The notes beneath the pieces were generated by a model. That model saw nothing but the letters and a program-made list of their open reading frames with translations. It made no database searches and had not been told where the DNA came from. A stretch of DNA of 55,088 nucleotides from Acholeplasmataceae bacterium (lineage in GTDB: Bacteria; Bacillota_I; Bacilli_A; Acholeplasmatales; Acholeplasmataceae), in the NCBI GenBank assembly GCA_030656435.1, contig JAUSOA010000021.1, forward strand, positions 1-55,088. Direction: 5' to 3'. Each line of letters begins with the position of its first letter. Within the stretch, counting starts at the first letter, position 1. The position numbers and the translations under genes are program-made. Below are positions 30,845-40,412 of the stretch, in pieces.

Positions 30845-31917
30845 GACAAGATAATGGTGTAGGTTAGTGTAACGAATTCTCCGTTCACTTTACGCATGAC
30901 TTTTAAAACATGTGGATCACCAAATGCAGCGTTAGCAAGTTGAGCTCCAATGTCTGCAATCGATGTGACAGGTGTTCCATTCATCTCAACAATTAGATCA
31001 TATTTTTCTAAATAATCCTTAGCATTTCTAGTTTGGTCAAAGCCTACTACAACGACTCCAACTGGGTTCGGAGGAAGTAATGAAGCATCATTTTCCTGTA
31101 GGAAGATGGAGACTTCTTGAACTGAAATACCAAGTCTTGGTTTTCTCTCTACTTTTTGATAATCGCTTTCCTTAAAGTTTCTTACAATGGGTGCAATTTT
31201 ATTAATAGAAAGTGAATAGTTTAGGCCCTCTGCAGCAATGGTACCATCCTTAGATGAAACTGTTGGAATCTTAGCAACATTAATACCAATTAATTCACCT
31301 TTTAAATTAAATAATGGTCCACCACTATTTCCAGGATTTAACTCTGCATCATGCATAATCGCTAGTCCAACAACTCCATTATAGGAAAATGTAGGTAGGC
31401 TAACAATTCCTTGAGTTACATAGTTGAACTTATCAATATTTTGTGGAGATCCAATCGCGTAAACATCCTGACCCTTCACGATTTCAGTGATGGTGTTATT
31501 GTTGATTGGGGCAACATCATGAACTCTAAAGGTTTTACTGGACTTAAATCTGACCACTGCAATATCATATAATTGATATCCTGCATAATCAGATACTTGA
31601 ATATCTGTTTGACTACTACCAAAATGAACGGTCATTTCTCCACCGTTTTCTACGACATGGTAATTGGTCATTACATAATATAATGTTTGATTAGTTTCAA
31701 GAATTGGTTCGCTTTTAAATATAATTCCAGATCCGTGACCTGTCTCTGTTTTGACTGCAACAACAGATGGTTCTACGGTTCTAATCATATCAATTCTTAG
31801 CTGCTCATAGGGTGTCGGTGATTGATAAGGAACTTCTGCACGTAGTACAAAAGAGCATCCTGTTAATGCTAATACTGTCATTAATGCTAATACGAGATAA
31901 AGTAATTTTTTCTTCAT
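30841..31917 (-). CDS. HtrA/S1C serine protease lipoprotein with PDZ domain
   Basis: Lipobox LTGC; triad TNYHV, DIAV, GNSGG; RLGI PDZ loop. Confidence 0.9.
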   Translation of the reverse strand: MKKKLLYLVLALMTVLALTGCSFVLRAEVPYQSPTPYEQLRIDMIRTVEPSVVAVKTETGHGSGIIFKSEPILETNQTLYYVMTNYHVVENGGEMTVHFGSSQTDIQVSDYAGYQLYDIAVVRFKSSKTFRVHDVAPINNNTITEIVKGQDVYAIGSPQNIDKFNYVTQGIVSLPTFSYNGVVGLAIMHDAELNPGNSGGPLFNLKGELIGINVAKIPTVSSKDGTIAAEGLNYSLSINKIAPIVRNFKESDYQKVERKPRLGISVQEVSIFLQENDASLLPPNPVGVVVVGFDQTRNAKDYLEKYDLIVEMNGTPVTSIADIGAQLANAAFGDPHVLKVMRKVNGEFVTLTYTIILS

Positions 31918-32684
31918 AAAATGTGTCCTCCTAAATGAAATAATTTATGTGCATTTTTTGTGGTAATTCTTGAAACTTCTTCAAGGGATAACCCTTTGAT
32001 TTGTGCTATTTTTTCAACTACATACCTAGTATAGCTTGGCTCGTTTCTTTTCCCCCGGTAGGGCATTGGTGCCATATAGGGACTATCTGTTTCAACCAAG
32101 ATATAATTTAAATCAATTTTTTGAACCAGTTCAACAAGCACTTCATTTTTTTTGAATGTAATCGGTCCATCAATACCTATATAAAATCCTAAATCAACAG
32201 CCTTTTGGGCATCCTTAAAATCTGATGAAAAACAATGAAATACACCTGATACCTTTCCCTTATAGGGCAAAAGCATCTCATAGGCTTCAGTAAATGAATC
32301 TCTTGTGTGAATGATGAGTGGCAATTTCTTTTTAACTGCGAGTTCTATTTGTTCCTTAAAGACCTTATACTGAAGTTCCTTGTTATCGGTTTTCCAGTAA
32401 AAATCGAGTCCGCATTCACCAATTGCTACTACCTTTTTATGATTCAAAAGACTTTCTAAATGATTGGTTGTTGAGCCTTCCACATAGCCTGGATGAACAC
32501 CAACTGTTGCGAAAAGCATTTCATGATTTTCAGCAAGCTTAATTGCTATATGATTGGATGCTTCATCCATTCCAATAACAATAATCTTTCCTACACCAGC
32601 CTTGACGGCACGTTCTAGAACTGCATCCATATCATTTTGAAAATCATCCGTATTTAAATGTGTGTGTGTATCTATAATCATCAT
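31914..32684 (-). CDS. tatD: TatD family DNase
   Basis: DTHTH, GVHP, GECGLD, HTRD, HCFS, ETDSPY. Confidence 0.95.
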   Translation of the reverse strand: MMIIDTHTHLNTDDFQNDMDAVLERAVKAGVGKIIVIGMDEASNHIAIKLAENHEMLFATVGVHPGYVEGSTTNHLESLLNHKKVVAIGECGLDFYWKTDNKELQYKVFKEQIELAVKKKLPLIIHTRDSFTEAYEMLLPYKGKVSGVFHCFSSDFKDAQKAVDLGFYIGIDGPITFKKNEVLVELVQKIDLNYILVETDSPYMAPMPYRGKRNEPSYTRYVVEKIAQIKGLSLEEVSRITTKNAHKLFHLGGHIL

Positions 32685-32826
32685 TGATCATCCTCATTTG
32701 ATTACTCATATTTTATCATAAATAGAGAAAAATAGATTGGGTTTGCTTACTTTAACTCAATCTAACATTTTTTTATAAATTGAGTAAAAAAAGAAGCCAA
32801 TAAAATGCATTAACCACTCTTTTTTC

Positions 32827-33234
32827 TTACTTACCTTCAAATAGAGAAAGCATATTTTGATCGATTGCAATCATGACGATACGACCTCTTCGAAGCCAAT
32901 ACTCAAAATCAGTAATATTAAAATTACCTTCATCTAATATTTTGAAAAAGCGTGTAGCATCACTACGACTATCAAACTCGATGATATAAACTTCTGTAAT
33001 TTGATTTTTTCTACCTTCAATCACTCGAAGAACCTGACAATCACAGTTCATTTGCAAAGTAATTGCGTCATTCAAATCATTAACCTGTGCTTTTGGATAT
33101 TCAATGATTGAAAATCCTTCATCAATTAAAACGATTTCCATATCTGTCATGCTTGTGACTTCTATACATGAGGTAAATATTATCAAAGATAAAGAAAACA
33201 TTAAGATTAAAGATAGTTTTACTATAAATCTCAT
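32827..33234 (-). CDS. Hypothetical lipoprotein
   Basis: Signal peptide ending FTSC; GAGGTG RBS. Confidence 0.6.
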   Translation of the reverse strand: MRFIVKLSLILMFSLSLIIFTSCIEVTSMTDMEIVLIDEGFSIIEYPKAQVNDLNDAITLQMNCDCQVLRVIEGRKNQITEVYIIEFDSRSDATRFFKILDEGNFNITDFEYWLRRGRIVMIAIDQNMLSLFEGK

Positions 33235-33284
33235 CTATAAACACCTCGCTTTGCACTTCCTTTATCATAGCACCATTTAAAGAT

Positions 33285-33309
33285 AAAAAAAAGAGGCCGA
33301 AGCCTCTTT
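33285..33309 (-). terminator. Intrinsic terminator after tuf
   Basis: AAAGAGGC-TTCG-GCCTCTTT plus T tract. Confidence 0.88.
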
Positions 33310-33317
33310 ATGATTTA

Positions 33318-34502
33318 CTATTCAAGAATCTTAACTACTGAACCAGCACCAACGGTACGTCCGCCTTCACGAATAGAGAACTTAGTTCCTTCTTCGATAG
33401 CGATTGGGTGGATAAGTTCAACAACCATGACTGTGTTATCACCAGGCATAACCATTTCTGTACCCTCTTTTAGAGTGATGACACCAGTGATGTCAGTTGT
33501 ACGGAAATAGAACTGTGGGCGGTAGTTTGAGAAGAACGCTGTATGACGTCCACCTTCTTCTTTTGAAAGAACGTAAACTTGCGCTTCAAATCTAAAATGT
33601 GGGTTTACTGATTTTGGTTTAGCAATAACTTGTCCACGTTCAACTTGGTCTCTAGTAACACCACGAAGAAGTGCACCGATGTTGTCACCAGCTTCTGCAT
33701 AATCAAGTAATTTTCTGAACATTTCAACACCAGTAACTACTGTTTGCTTCGTATCAGTGATACCAACGATTTCAACAGGGTCGCCGACTTTAACTTGTCC
33801 ACGTTCAACTCTACCTGTTGCTACTGTACCACGACCTGTGATCGTGAACACGTCTTCAACTGGCATTAAGAATGGCTTATCAGTTTGTCTAATTGGTAGA
33901 TCGATATAAGAATCGACAGCATCCATTAGTTCTTGTACTGTAGCTTCCCACTTTGGATCGCCGTTTAATGCGCCAAGTGCTGATCCACGGATGATAGGAA
34001 TGTCATCACCTGGGAAATCATAAGCTGATAATAATTCACGAATTTCCATTTCGACTAGGTCTAGTAGTTCTTCGTCATCAACCATATCTGCTTTGTTCAT
34101 GTATACAACTAACTTAGGAACCCCAACCTGACGAGCAAGTAGGATATGTTCTCTAGTTTGTGGCATAGGACCATCCGCAGCGGATACAACAAGGATACCA
34201 CCATCCATTTGAGCAGCACCAGTAATCATGTTCTTGACATAGTCAGCATGTCCTGGGCAGTCAACGTGAGCATAGTGACGCTTAGTTGTTTCGTATTCAA
34301 CGTGTGCAGTATTGATTGTAATACCGCGTTCTTTTTCTTCTGGTGCTGAGTCGATAGATGCATAGTCTTTAATTGTAGCTAAACCTTGCTTTGCGAATAC
34401 TGTAGTAATAGCTGCTGTTAAAGTAGTCTTACCATGGTCAACGTGGCCAATAGTACCGACATTAACGTGTGGCTTAGTTCTTAAAAATTTTTGTTTTGCC
34501 AT
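33318..34502 (-). CDS. tuf: Elongation factor Tu
   Basis: [25 protein letters not shown]. Confidence 0.99.
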   Translation of the reverse strand: MAKQKFLRTKPHVNVGTIGHVDHGKTTLTAAITTVFAKQGLATIKDYASIDSAPEEKERGITINTAHVEYETTKRHYAHVDCPGHADYVKNMITGAAQMDGGILVVSAADGPMPQTREHILLARQVGVPKLVVYMNKADMVDDEELLDLVEMEIRELLSAYDFPGDDIPIIRGSALGALNGDPKWEATVQELMDAVDSYIDLPIRQTDKPFLMPVEDVFTITGRGTVATGRVERGQVKVGDPVEIVGITDTKQTVVTGVEMFRKLLDYAEAGDNIGALLRGVTRDQVERGQVIAKPKSVNPHFRFEAQVYVLSKEEGGRHTAFFSNYRPQFYFRTTDITGVITLKEGTEMVMPGDNTVMVVELIHPIAIEEGTKFSIREGGRTVGAGSVVKILE

Positions 34503-34558
34503 TGTAACTTTCCTCCTATATGAGTTTATTTTTATTTTTTATTTGTTTTACCATATTT

Positions 34559-34587
34559 ATTGTATATGAAAAGATGTGTTTTTGCAA
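34559..34587 (-). promoter_or_regulatory. Internal sigma-A promoter for tuf
   Basis: TTGCAA-N17-TACAAT in the fusA-tuf spacer. Confidence 0.65.
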
Positions 34588-34592
34588 GGGGA

Positions 34593-36665
34593 TTAGTTTG
34601 ATCCGCGCTTTTTAATAACATCTTCCATAATTGATTTTGGACACTTTTCATAGCGAGCAAATTGCATCATAAATGTTGCGCGTCCTTGGGTGTTTGAACG
34701 AAGTGATGTTGCATAGCCAAACATTTCTGATAGGGGTACATTTGCACGGATACTCACAGCGTTTCCACGGCCTTCTTGAGACTCTAAACGGCCACGTCTT
34801 GATGTTAAATCTCCGATAACATTCCCTACATAATCATTAGGTACTACAACTTCTACGTCCATGATTGGTTCTAATAAAATCGGTGATGCTTTTGTCTTAC
34901 ATTCCTTAAGTGCCATCGATGCAGCAATCTTAAATGCCATTTCTGAGGAGTCGACATCATGGTATGAACCGTAATGTAGAGTCGCCTTAACGTCAATTAA
35001 TGGATAGCCAGCAATAATACCCTGAGGCATTGCTTCTTCGAGTCCTTTTAGAACTGCTGGGATGTATTCTCTTGGAATGACACCTCCGACAACCTTATCA
35101 ACAAATTGGAAGCCTTTACCTGGATTTGGTTCGAACTTGATCACAACGTGACCATATTGTCCTCTACCACCAGACTGACGAACGAACTTACCTTCAATGT
35201 CGGCTTCTGCTGAAATCGTTTCACGATAGGATACTTGAGGTTCAGCAACGTTAGCTTCGACCTTAAATTCTCTTCTCATACGATCAACAATGATTTCTAG
35301 GTGAAGTTCACCCATACCGGCAATAATAGTTTGTCCTGTTTCATGATCAGTAAATGTTCTAAATGTTGGGTCTTCTTCAGCAAGTTTTTGTAATGCAATA
35401 CCCATTTTATCTTGGTCTTGTTTTGTTTTTGGTTCAATTGCTACGTTAATTACTGGTTCAGGGAAAATCATTGTTTCAAGAATGATATCATCCTTTTCAC
35501 CAGTTAATGTATCTCCTGTTGTTGTATCTTTTAGACCAACTACAGCTGCAATATCTCCAGCGAATACTTCTTTAATTTCTTCGCGGTGGTTCGCATGCAT
35601 TTGCAGTACGCGACCAAAACGTTCTTTGTTGTTTTTGTTTGTGTTTAATACATAGGATCCAGCGCTAATTTGACCTGCATAAACTCTGAAGAACGTTAAA
35701 CGTCCAACATATGGGTCTGTCATAACCTTGAATGCTAATGCTGTAAACTTTTCGTCATCTCTTGGTTCACGAGAAACCTCGTTACCGTCGGAATCATGTC
35801 CAATAACAGCAGCAACATCGGTTGGAGCTGGAAGGTAGTCAATGACTGCATCAAGCATTTTCTTAACACCCTTGTTTTTGAATGATGATCCACAGATGAC
35901 TGGGAAAAATTTAACTGCTAGCGTTCCTACACGGATTGCTTTTTTAATTTGTTCTACTGAGACTTCTTGACCTTCAAGATATTGCATCATGATTTCTTCA
36001 TCAAAATCTGCAACAGCTTCAATCAGTTGTTCTCTCTTTAATTCAACGATTTCCTTTAAATGCGCTGGGATTGGAATGTCTTTGCTGACTTCCTCCGCAC
36101 TTCCGTCGTATAGATAAGCTTTTCTTTCAATGATATCAATGATACCCTTGAAATCTGATTCAGCGCCAATTGGCCATTGAATCGGAAATGCTTTGACACC
36201 TAAACGATTAAGGATTGTCTTGATAGCGCGCTCAAAATCTGCACCAATCTTGTCCATCTTGTTAATATAAACGATTCTTGGAACTTTATATTCGGTGGCT
36301 TGTCTCCAAACAGTTTCTGTTTGTGGCTCTACCCCGGCTTGTGCATCTAAAACGGTAACTGCACCGTCTAATACACGAAGTGATCTTGATACTTCAACCG
36401 TGAAGTCAACGTGACCTGGGGTGTCAATGACATTGATTTTGTGATCATGCCAATACGCCGTTGTTGCGGCGGATGTGATAGTGATCCCGCGTTCTTGTTC
36501 TTGCTCCATCCAGTCCATTGTAGCAGCACCATCGTGAACCTCACCGATTTTATGAATTTTACCAGTATGGAACAAAATTCGTTCAGTCGTCGTTGTTTTA
36601 CCCGCGTCGATATGGGCCATAATGCCAATATTGCGGACTTTTTCTAATGGGAATACACGAGGCAT
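34593..36665 (-). CDS. fusA: Elongation factor G
   Basis: [27 protein letters not shown]. Confidence 0.99.
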   Translation of the reverse strand: MPRVFPLEKVRNIGIMAHIDAGKTTTTERILFHTGKIHKIGEVHDGAATMDWMEQEQERGITITSAATTAYWHDHKINVIDTPGHVDFTVEVSRSLRVLDGAVTVLDAQAGVEPQTETVWRQATEYKVPRIVYINKMDKIGADFERAIKTILNRLGVKAFPIQWPIGAESDFKGIIDIIERKAYLYDGSAEEVSKDIPIPAHLKEIVELKREQLIEAVADFDEEIMMQYLEGQEVSVEQIKKAIRVGTLAVKFFPVICGSSFKNKGVKKMLDAVIDYLPAPTDVAAVIGHDSDGNEVSREPRDDEKFTALAFKVMTDPYVGRLTFFRVYAGQISAGSYVLNTNKNNKERFGRVLQMHANHREEIKEVFAGDIAAVVGLKDTTTGDTLTGEKDDIILETMIFPEPVINVAIEPKTKQDQDKMGIALQKLAEEDPTFRTFTDHETGQTIIAGMGELHLEIIVDRMRREFKVEANVAEPQVSYRETISAEADIEGKFVRQSGGRGQYGHVVIKFEPNPGKGFQFVDKVVGGVIPREYIPAVLKGLEEAMPQGIIAGYPLIDVKATLHYGSYHDVDSSEMAFKIAASMALKECKTKASPILLEPIMDVEVVVPNDYVGNVIGDLTSRRGRLESQEGRGNAVSIRANVPLSEMFGYATSLRSNTQGRATFMMQFARYEKCPKSIMEDVIKKRGSN

Positions 36666-36681
36666 AATTTAATCTCCTTAC

Positions 36682-37152
36682 TTACCAGCGATAGTGAGCA
36701 AATGCTTTATTTGCTTCAGCCATGCGGTGTACATCTTCACGTTTCTTCACTGCTGCACCCAATCCTTGAGATGCATCGATGATTTCCTTCGCTAATTTTT
36801 CTTCCATAGTCTTCTCATTACGCAGACGTGCGTAATTTATTAACCATCTTAATCCTAATGTTGTTTTTCTTGAGGCTCTAACTTCAGTTGGTACCTGGTA
36901 GTTTTGACCACCGATACGGCGTGAACGAACTTCTAGAACAGGCATAATGTTTGATAATGCTTCATTAAAAACATCAATTGGCTCGCGTCCGGTTGTTTCT
37001 TTAACGCGGTTGAATGCTCCATATAAAATGCCTTGAGCAGTACCCTTTTTACCGTCTTCCATAATGGTGTTGACGATACGAGTAACTAACTTTGATTGGT
37101 AAATTGGATCTGGTAAAACATCGCGTTTTACTATATGTCCTTTACGTGGCAT
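36682..37152 (-). CDS. rpsG: 30S ribosomal protein S7
   Basis: [26 protein letters not shown]. Confidence 0.99.
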   Translation of the reverse strand: MPRKGHIVKRDVLPDPIYQSKLVTRIVNTIMEDGKKGTAQGILYGAFNRVKETTGREPIDVFNEALSNIMPVLEVRSRRIGGQNYQVPTEVRASRKTTLGLRWLINYARLRNEKTMEEKLAKEIIDASQGLGAAVKKREDVHRMAEANKAFAHYRW

Positions 37153-37223
37153 GAGTTCACCTTCTTCCTTTCTTTTAAACGATTCTTTTCGTAGTTTTTA
37201 TTTTTGTTTTGGTTTTTTAAAAA

Positions 37224-37676
37224 TTATCTCTTACCAGCTGGCTTAACAGGTGTTCCTGGCTTGCCTGCCTTTGGACGCTTAGCACCGTACTTAGAACGAG
37301 CTTGCTTACGGTTTGCGACGCCTGATGCGTCTAACGTACCGCGAATGATGTGGTAACGTACCCCTGGAAGGTCTTTGACACGACCACCACGGATTAACAC
37401 AACGCTATGCTCTTGCAGTGAGTGACCGATACCTGGGATATAAGCTGTCACTTCTGTCTGGTTGCTTAAACGAACACGGGCATACTTACGTAAAGCTGAG
37501 TTAGGTTTTTTAGGTGTCATGGTTGTAACACGTGTACATACCCCGCGCTTTTGTGGTGAAGTATAATCTGATTCTCTCTTTAAAAGGCTGTTGAAACCGT
37601 AGCCGAGTGCAGGTGATTTAGATTTGTACTTTTTGTCCGTTCTTCCATTTTTTACTAGTTGCGAAATTGTTGGCAT
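37224..37676 (-). CDS. rpsL: 30S ribosomal protein S12
   Basis: [20 protein letters not shown]. Confidence 0.99.
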   Translation of the reverse strand: MPTISQLVKNGRTDKKYKSKSPALGYGFNSLLKRESDYTSPQKRGVCTRVTTMTPKKPNSALRKYARVRLSNQTEVTAYIPGIGHSLQEHSVVLIRGGRVKDLPGVRYHIIRGTLDASGVANRKQARSKYGAKRPKAGKPGTPVKPAGKR

Positions 37677-37796
37677 TTGTAGATCTCCTTTCTTCTAACA
37701 CATATCCAAGTGTTTCATTTTTTGTTTAAAAATAATTTTTGGCTTAATAGAGCCAAAAAAGTGGTTAACTTATCGCGTATTTCACGCAGCGTTTTA

Positions 37797-37825
37797 ATTA
37801 TATAACGAATCGTATCTGTTGTCAA
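37797..37825 (-). promoter_or_regulatory. Consensus sigma-A promoter of the str operon
   Basis: Perfect TTGACA-N17-TATAAT. Confidence 0.85.
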
Positions 37826-38005
37826 TGTTTTTGTGTTAAAAATCTGTAAAAATTTACTAAAATCAATCGATTGATGAGCAGTTATTTGGTCATTATCTAG
37901 AAATATGAATTCCTCAAAGCCCTATAAATAATACACACGAACAAGCTTGATGATATAATATAGTTAAAGAAAATAATAGATTTGTTTTTATGGAGGGGTA
38001 AAAAC

Positions 38006-38920
38006 ATGGAACAGTTTGAAAAAAATCTGGATTACACTGAAATTAAGGATATTGAATTTGTTAAGGATTTCAACTATGAAGAAAGCGTAAATTCAAATGC
38101 TTTGATTTCTTTACTCGATTACGCAACCAAGGAGTCAAAGGAAAAGATAGAAAAAGAATTGTTTATCATTAAAAATGGGTTTTTCAGTGAAAAGAATGTC
38201 TATAGTGAAATTAGAAAATCACGTCTTCCTTTGCTATGTCTTCATGACATCCGACTTGAGCATAGAGGGCTAGATGCAGAATTTGATTTTATGATTATTG
38301 GTTCAAGTTTTATTTTAGTAATTGAAACTAAACCATTTTTTGGAAGCATAACCATCAACTTTAAGGGAGAAATAACTAGGGATTATCAATTTAAGAATCA
38401 GACATTTAAGGATAAAATTCAAAGTCATCTCCTACAGAGTGAACAAAAGATTATGTTTTTGAAAAGATTTCTAAGGGATCACCATTTGGTTAAAGATATC
38501 CCGATTTATGCGCTTGCTGTAATAGGCAGTGATGAGACTCAAGTCAAAAAGAGCTTTGCTAAATCGAAGGTAAAGAAGGCAGTGATTCGTTATAATCAAC
38601 TGATTGGGGTTTTAGATCAATATGCTAAAAAGAATGTGAATTTAAAGCTTAGAAACGGGAAAATGAGAGAAATATCTAATGTGCTAAAAAAAGAGCATCA
38701 ACCAGTAGAAATTGATTATGCAAGAAAATTAAACTTAAATATCATCTCATTGGATTCAAAAAAAATGAGTGGGAATCAAACAATCGAACAAAAGAAAAAC
38801 AAATCTAAGGATGAGCCTAAAGATTTGAGTCAGGAATTACTTTATAAGTCTGTAAAGGATGCAAGAAAAGATTTACATAAAATGAGAAGATCAATATTTA
38901 CTGGATATAAGAGACATTAA
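38006..38920 (+). CDS. NERD (nuclease-related domain) protein
   Basis: GxxxE (GFFSE), LHDIRL, EFDFMII, VIETK; ATG at 38006 after GGAGG. Confidence 0.75.
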   Translation: MEQFEKNLDYTEIKDIEFVKDFNYEESVNSNALISLLDYATKESKEKIEKELFIIKNGFFSEKNVYSEIRKSRLPLLCLHDIRLEHRGLDAEFDFMIIGSSFILVIETKPFFGSITINFKGEITRDYQFKNQTFKDKIQSHLLQSEQKIMFLKRFLRDHHLVKDIPIYALAVIGSDETQVKKSFAKSKVKKAVIRYNQLIGVLDQYAKKNVNLKLRNGKMREISNVLKKEHQPVEIDYARKLNLNIISLDSKKMSGNQTIEQKKNKSKDEPKDLSQELLYKSVKDARKDLHKMRRSIFTGYKRH

Positions 38921-38940
38921 TGACTTTGGATAATTCTCAC

Positions 38941-38972
38941 AAAAAAAACCGGTCAGAATTTGACCGGTTTTT
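38941..38972. terminator. Bidirectional terminator
   Basis: AAAAACCGGTCA-GAATT-TGACCGGTTTTT between convergent genes. Confidence 0.88.
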
Positions 38973-38982
38973 GTTATAAAGG

Positions 38983-39606
38983 TTATTCTTTACTGAGTTT
39001 TACTTCTACCAAATTGAGAATAATGCTTCCGATTCCATTGCCAATTACCCAAATGAATACATAGAGTAGTGCCTTCAGAGACCATGTGTTTCCTACGGCA
39101 ATATAAAGCATGTTAGCGACACTGTGCTCAAACTTAGCAAGGATAAAGATTACCACTGCAAATATGACCATTAAAACCTTGAGTATATCAAGCTTCATCA
39201 CTCTATAGCTTTGAACACCAATATACATCATCATTCCGCATAATATGGATAAGACGAGTGTTTCATACCAAAGATTATCAGTCTTTAAATAAAATAATTC
39301 ATTAGCCTTCACGATAACATCTGTCATTCCTGAAAATCTAAATAGTAAACCAACCGATGTGATTCCGATAAAGTTACCTAAAAGTGTTTTTCCCATAATG
39401 AGTAGATATCCTTTTTCATAGGGAAACAAATAGCCGACTCTTCCTGTATAAAGATAATATCCCTTGGATACAACCATTAAAAGACCGAAGCTAAATAGGA
39501 TAGCCCCAATTACTCGATTTTCGACCGAAAGAAAAATCAAACCAGCGATTCCGATAAATAAACCGGCCATGATTGCTTTAAGCATTACATTGTTGTGTTC
39601 ATTCAT
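38983..39606 (-). CDS. Short formate/nitrite transporter (FNT) family channel
   Basis: AIMAGLFIG, LFSFGL, LYTG, GNFIG, ILCG, FEHSVANM, IGNGIG. Confidence 0.88.
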   Translation of the reverse strand: MNEHNNVMLKAIMAGLFIGIAGLIFLSVENRVIGAILFSFGLLMVVSKGYYLYTGRVGYLFPYEKGYLLIMGKTLLGNFIGITSVGLLFRFSGMTDVIVKANELFYLKTDNLWYETLVLSILCGMMMYIGVQSYRVMKLDILKVLMVIFAVVIFILAKFEHSVANMLYIAVGNTWSLKALLYVFIWVIGNGIGSIILNLVEVKLSKE

Positions 39607-39609
39607 TTT

Positions 39610-40410
39610 CTATTTTTCCTTTTTAAACCCGTAGATCATGCCTACGACGTTGTTAGCGAGTTTAGATGGTAAAAACTTATGAAGTAGTACAAATATTTTA
39701 TATTTAAATCCTATTGTTTTATATAAAGGAATTCTTTTTTTATTAATGAGTCTCATGATGACTTTTGCTGCGTATTCTGGATCCATGCCATTTCTTTCGT
39801 CATCTTCCATAACAGCAACAGATTTCTCAACTCTTTTTTTATAGAATTGACTGTCCACTTCATTTTTCTTCCTATTTTTTGTAAATCCTGTTTTAATATC
39901 ACCTGGCATGATTGAACACACTTGGATATTAAAGGGAGATACTTCGATATTTAAGGCTTCTGAAAATGCATTGATTGCTGCCTTTGAGCTTGAATAAAAG
40001 GCTTGAAAAGGAATTCCAAGTCGAGCAGCTACAGAGCTCATATTAAATATTTTTCCGCCACCGCTTTTTCTAAGCAGTGGTAGCATTGCTTTTGTAGAGT
40101 TAAAAACACCCATAAAGTTAACGTTCATTAAATAGGTTGCATCCTTATTCGATGTGTCTTCAATACTCCCTGAAATTCCCATACCCGCGTTATTGACTAA
40201 AACGTCAATTCTTCCTTCGACTTCATAGATGTCCTCGTATGCTTGTTTCAGTTGATTGAAATCCGTTACATCTGCCTGTATACTTCTGACATTTTTTTCG
40301 TGCATTTTCGTGCGTGAAATGCCATAGACATGGTGACCCTTTTGACAAAAATATTGAGTCATGGCAAGTCCGATACCCGACGACGCTCCAGTAATAACGA
40401 TTACCTTCAT
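39610..40410 (-). CDS. SDR oxidoreductase, candidate 3-ketodihydrosphingosine reductase
   Basis: TGASSGIG, NNAG, YSSSK; GIPFQAFY, PGDIKTGFT and ERNG resemble the Bacteroides BT0972 type as recalled. Confidence 0.75.
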   Translation of the reverse strand: MKVIVITGASSGIGLAMTQYFCQKGHHVYGISRTKMHEKNVRSIQADVTDFNQLKQAYEDIYEVEGRIDVLVNNAGMGISGSIEDTSNKDATYLMNVNFMGVFNSTKAMLPLLRKSGGGKIFNMSSVAARLGIPFQAFYSSSKAAINAFSEALNIEVSPFNIQVCSIMPGDIKTGFTKNRKKNEVDSQFYKKRVEKSVAVMEDDERNGMDPEYAAKVIMRLINKKRIPLYKTIGFKYKIFVLLHKFLPSKLANNVVGMIYGFKKEK

Positions 40411-40412
40411 TT

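Noticed and set aside
32733-32764. TAGATTGGGTT/AACTCAATCTA hairpin upstream of tatD as a member of a repeat family
   Set aside because: Only loose similarity to the 25.1-kb hairpins; a terminator-like or chance structure explains it.
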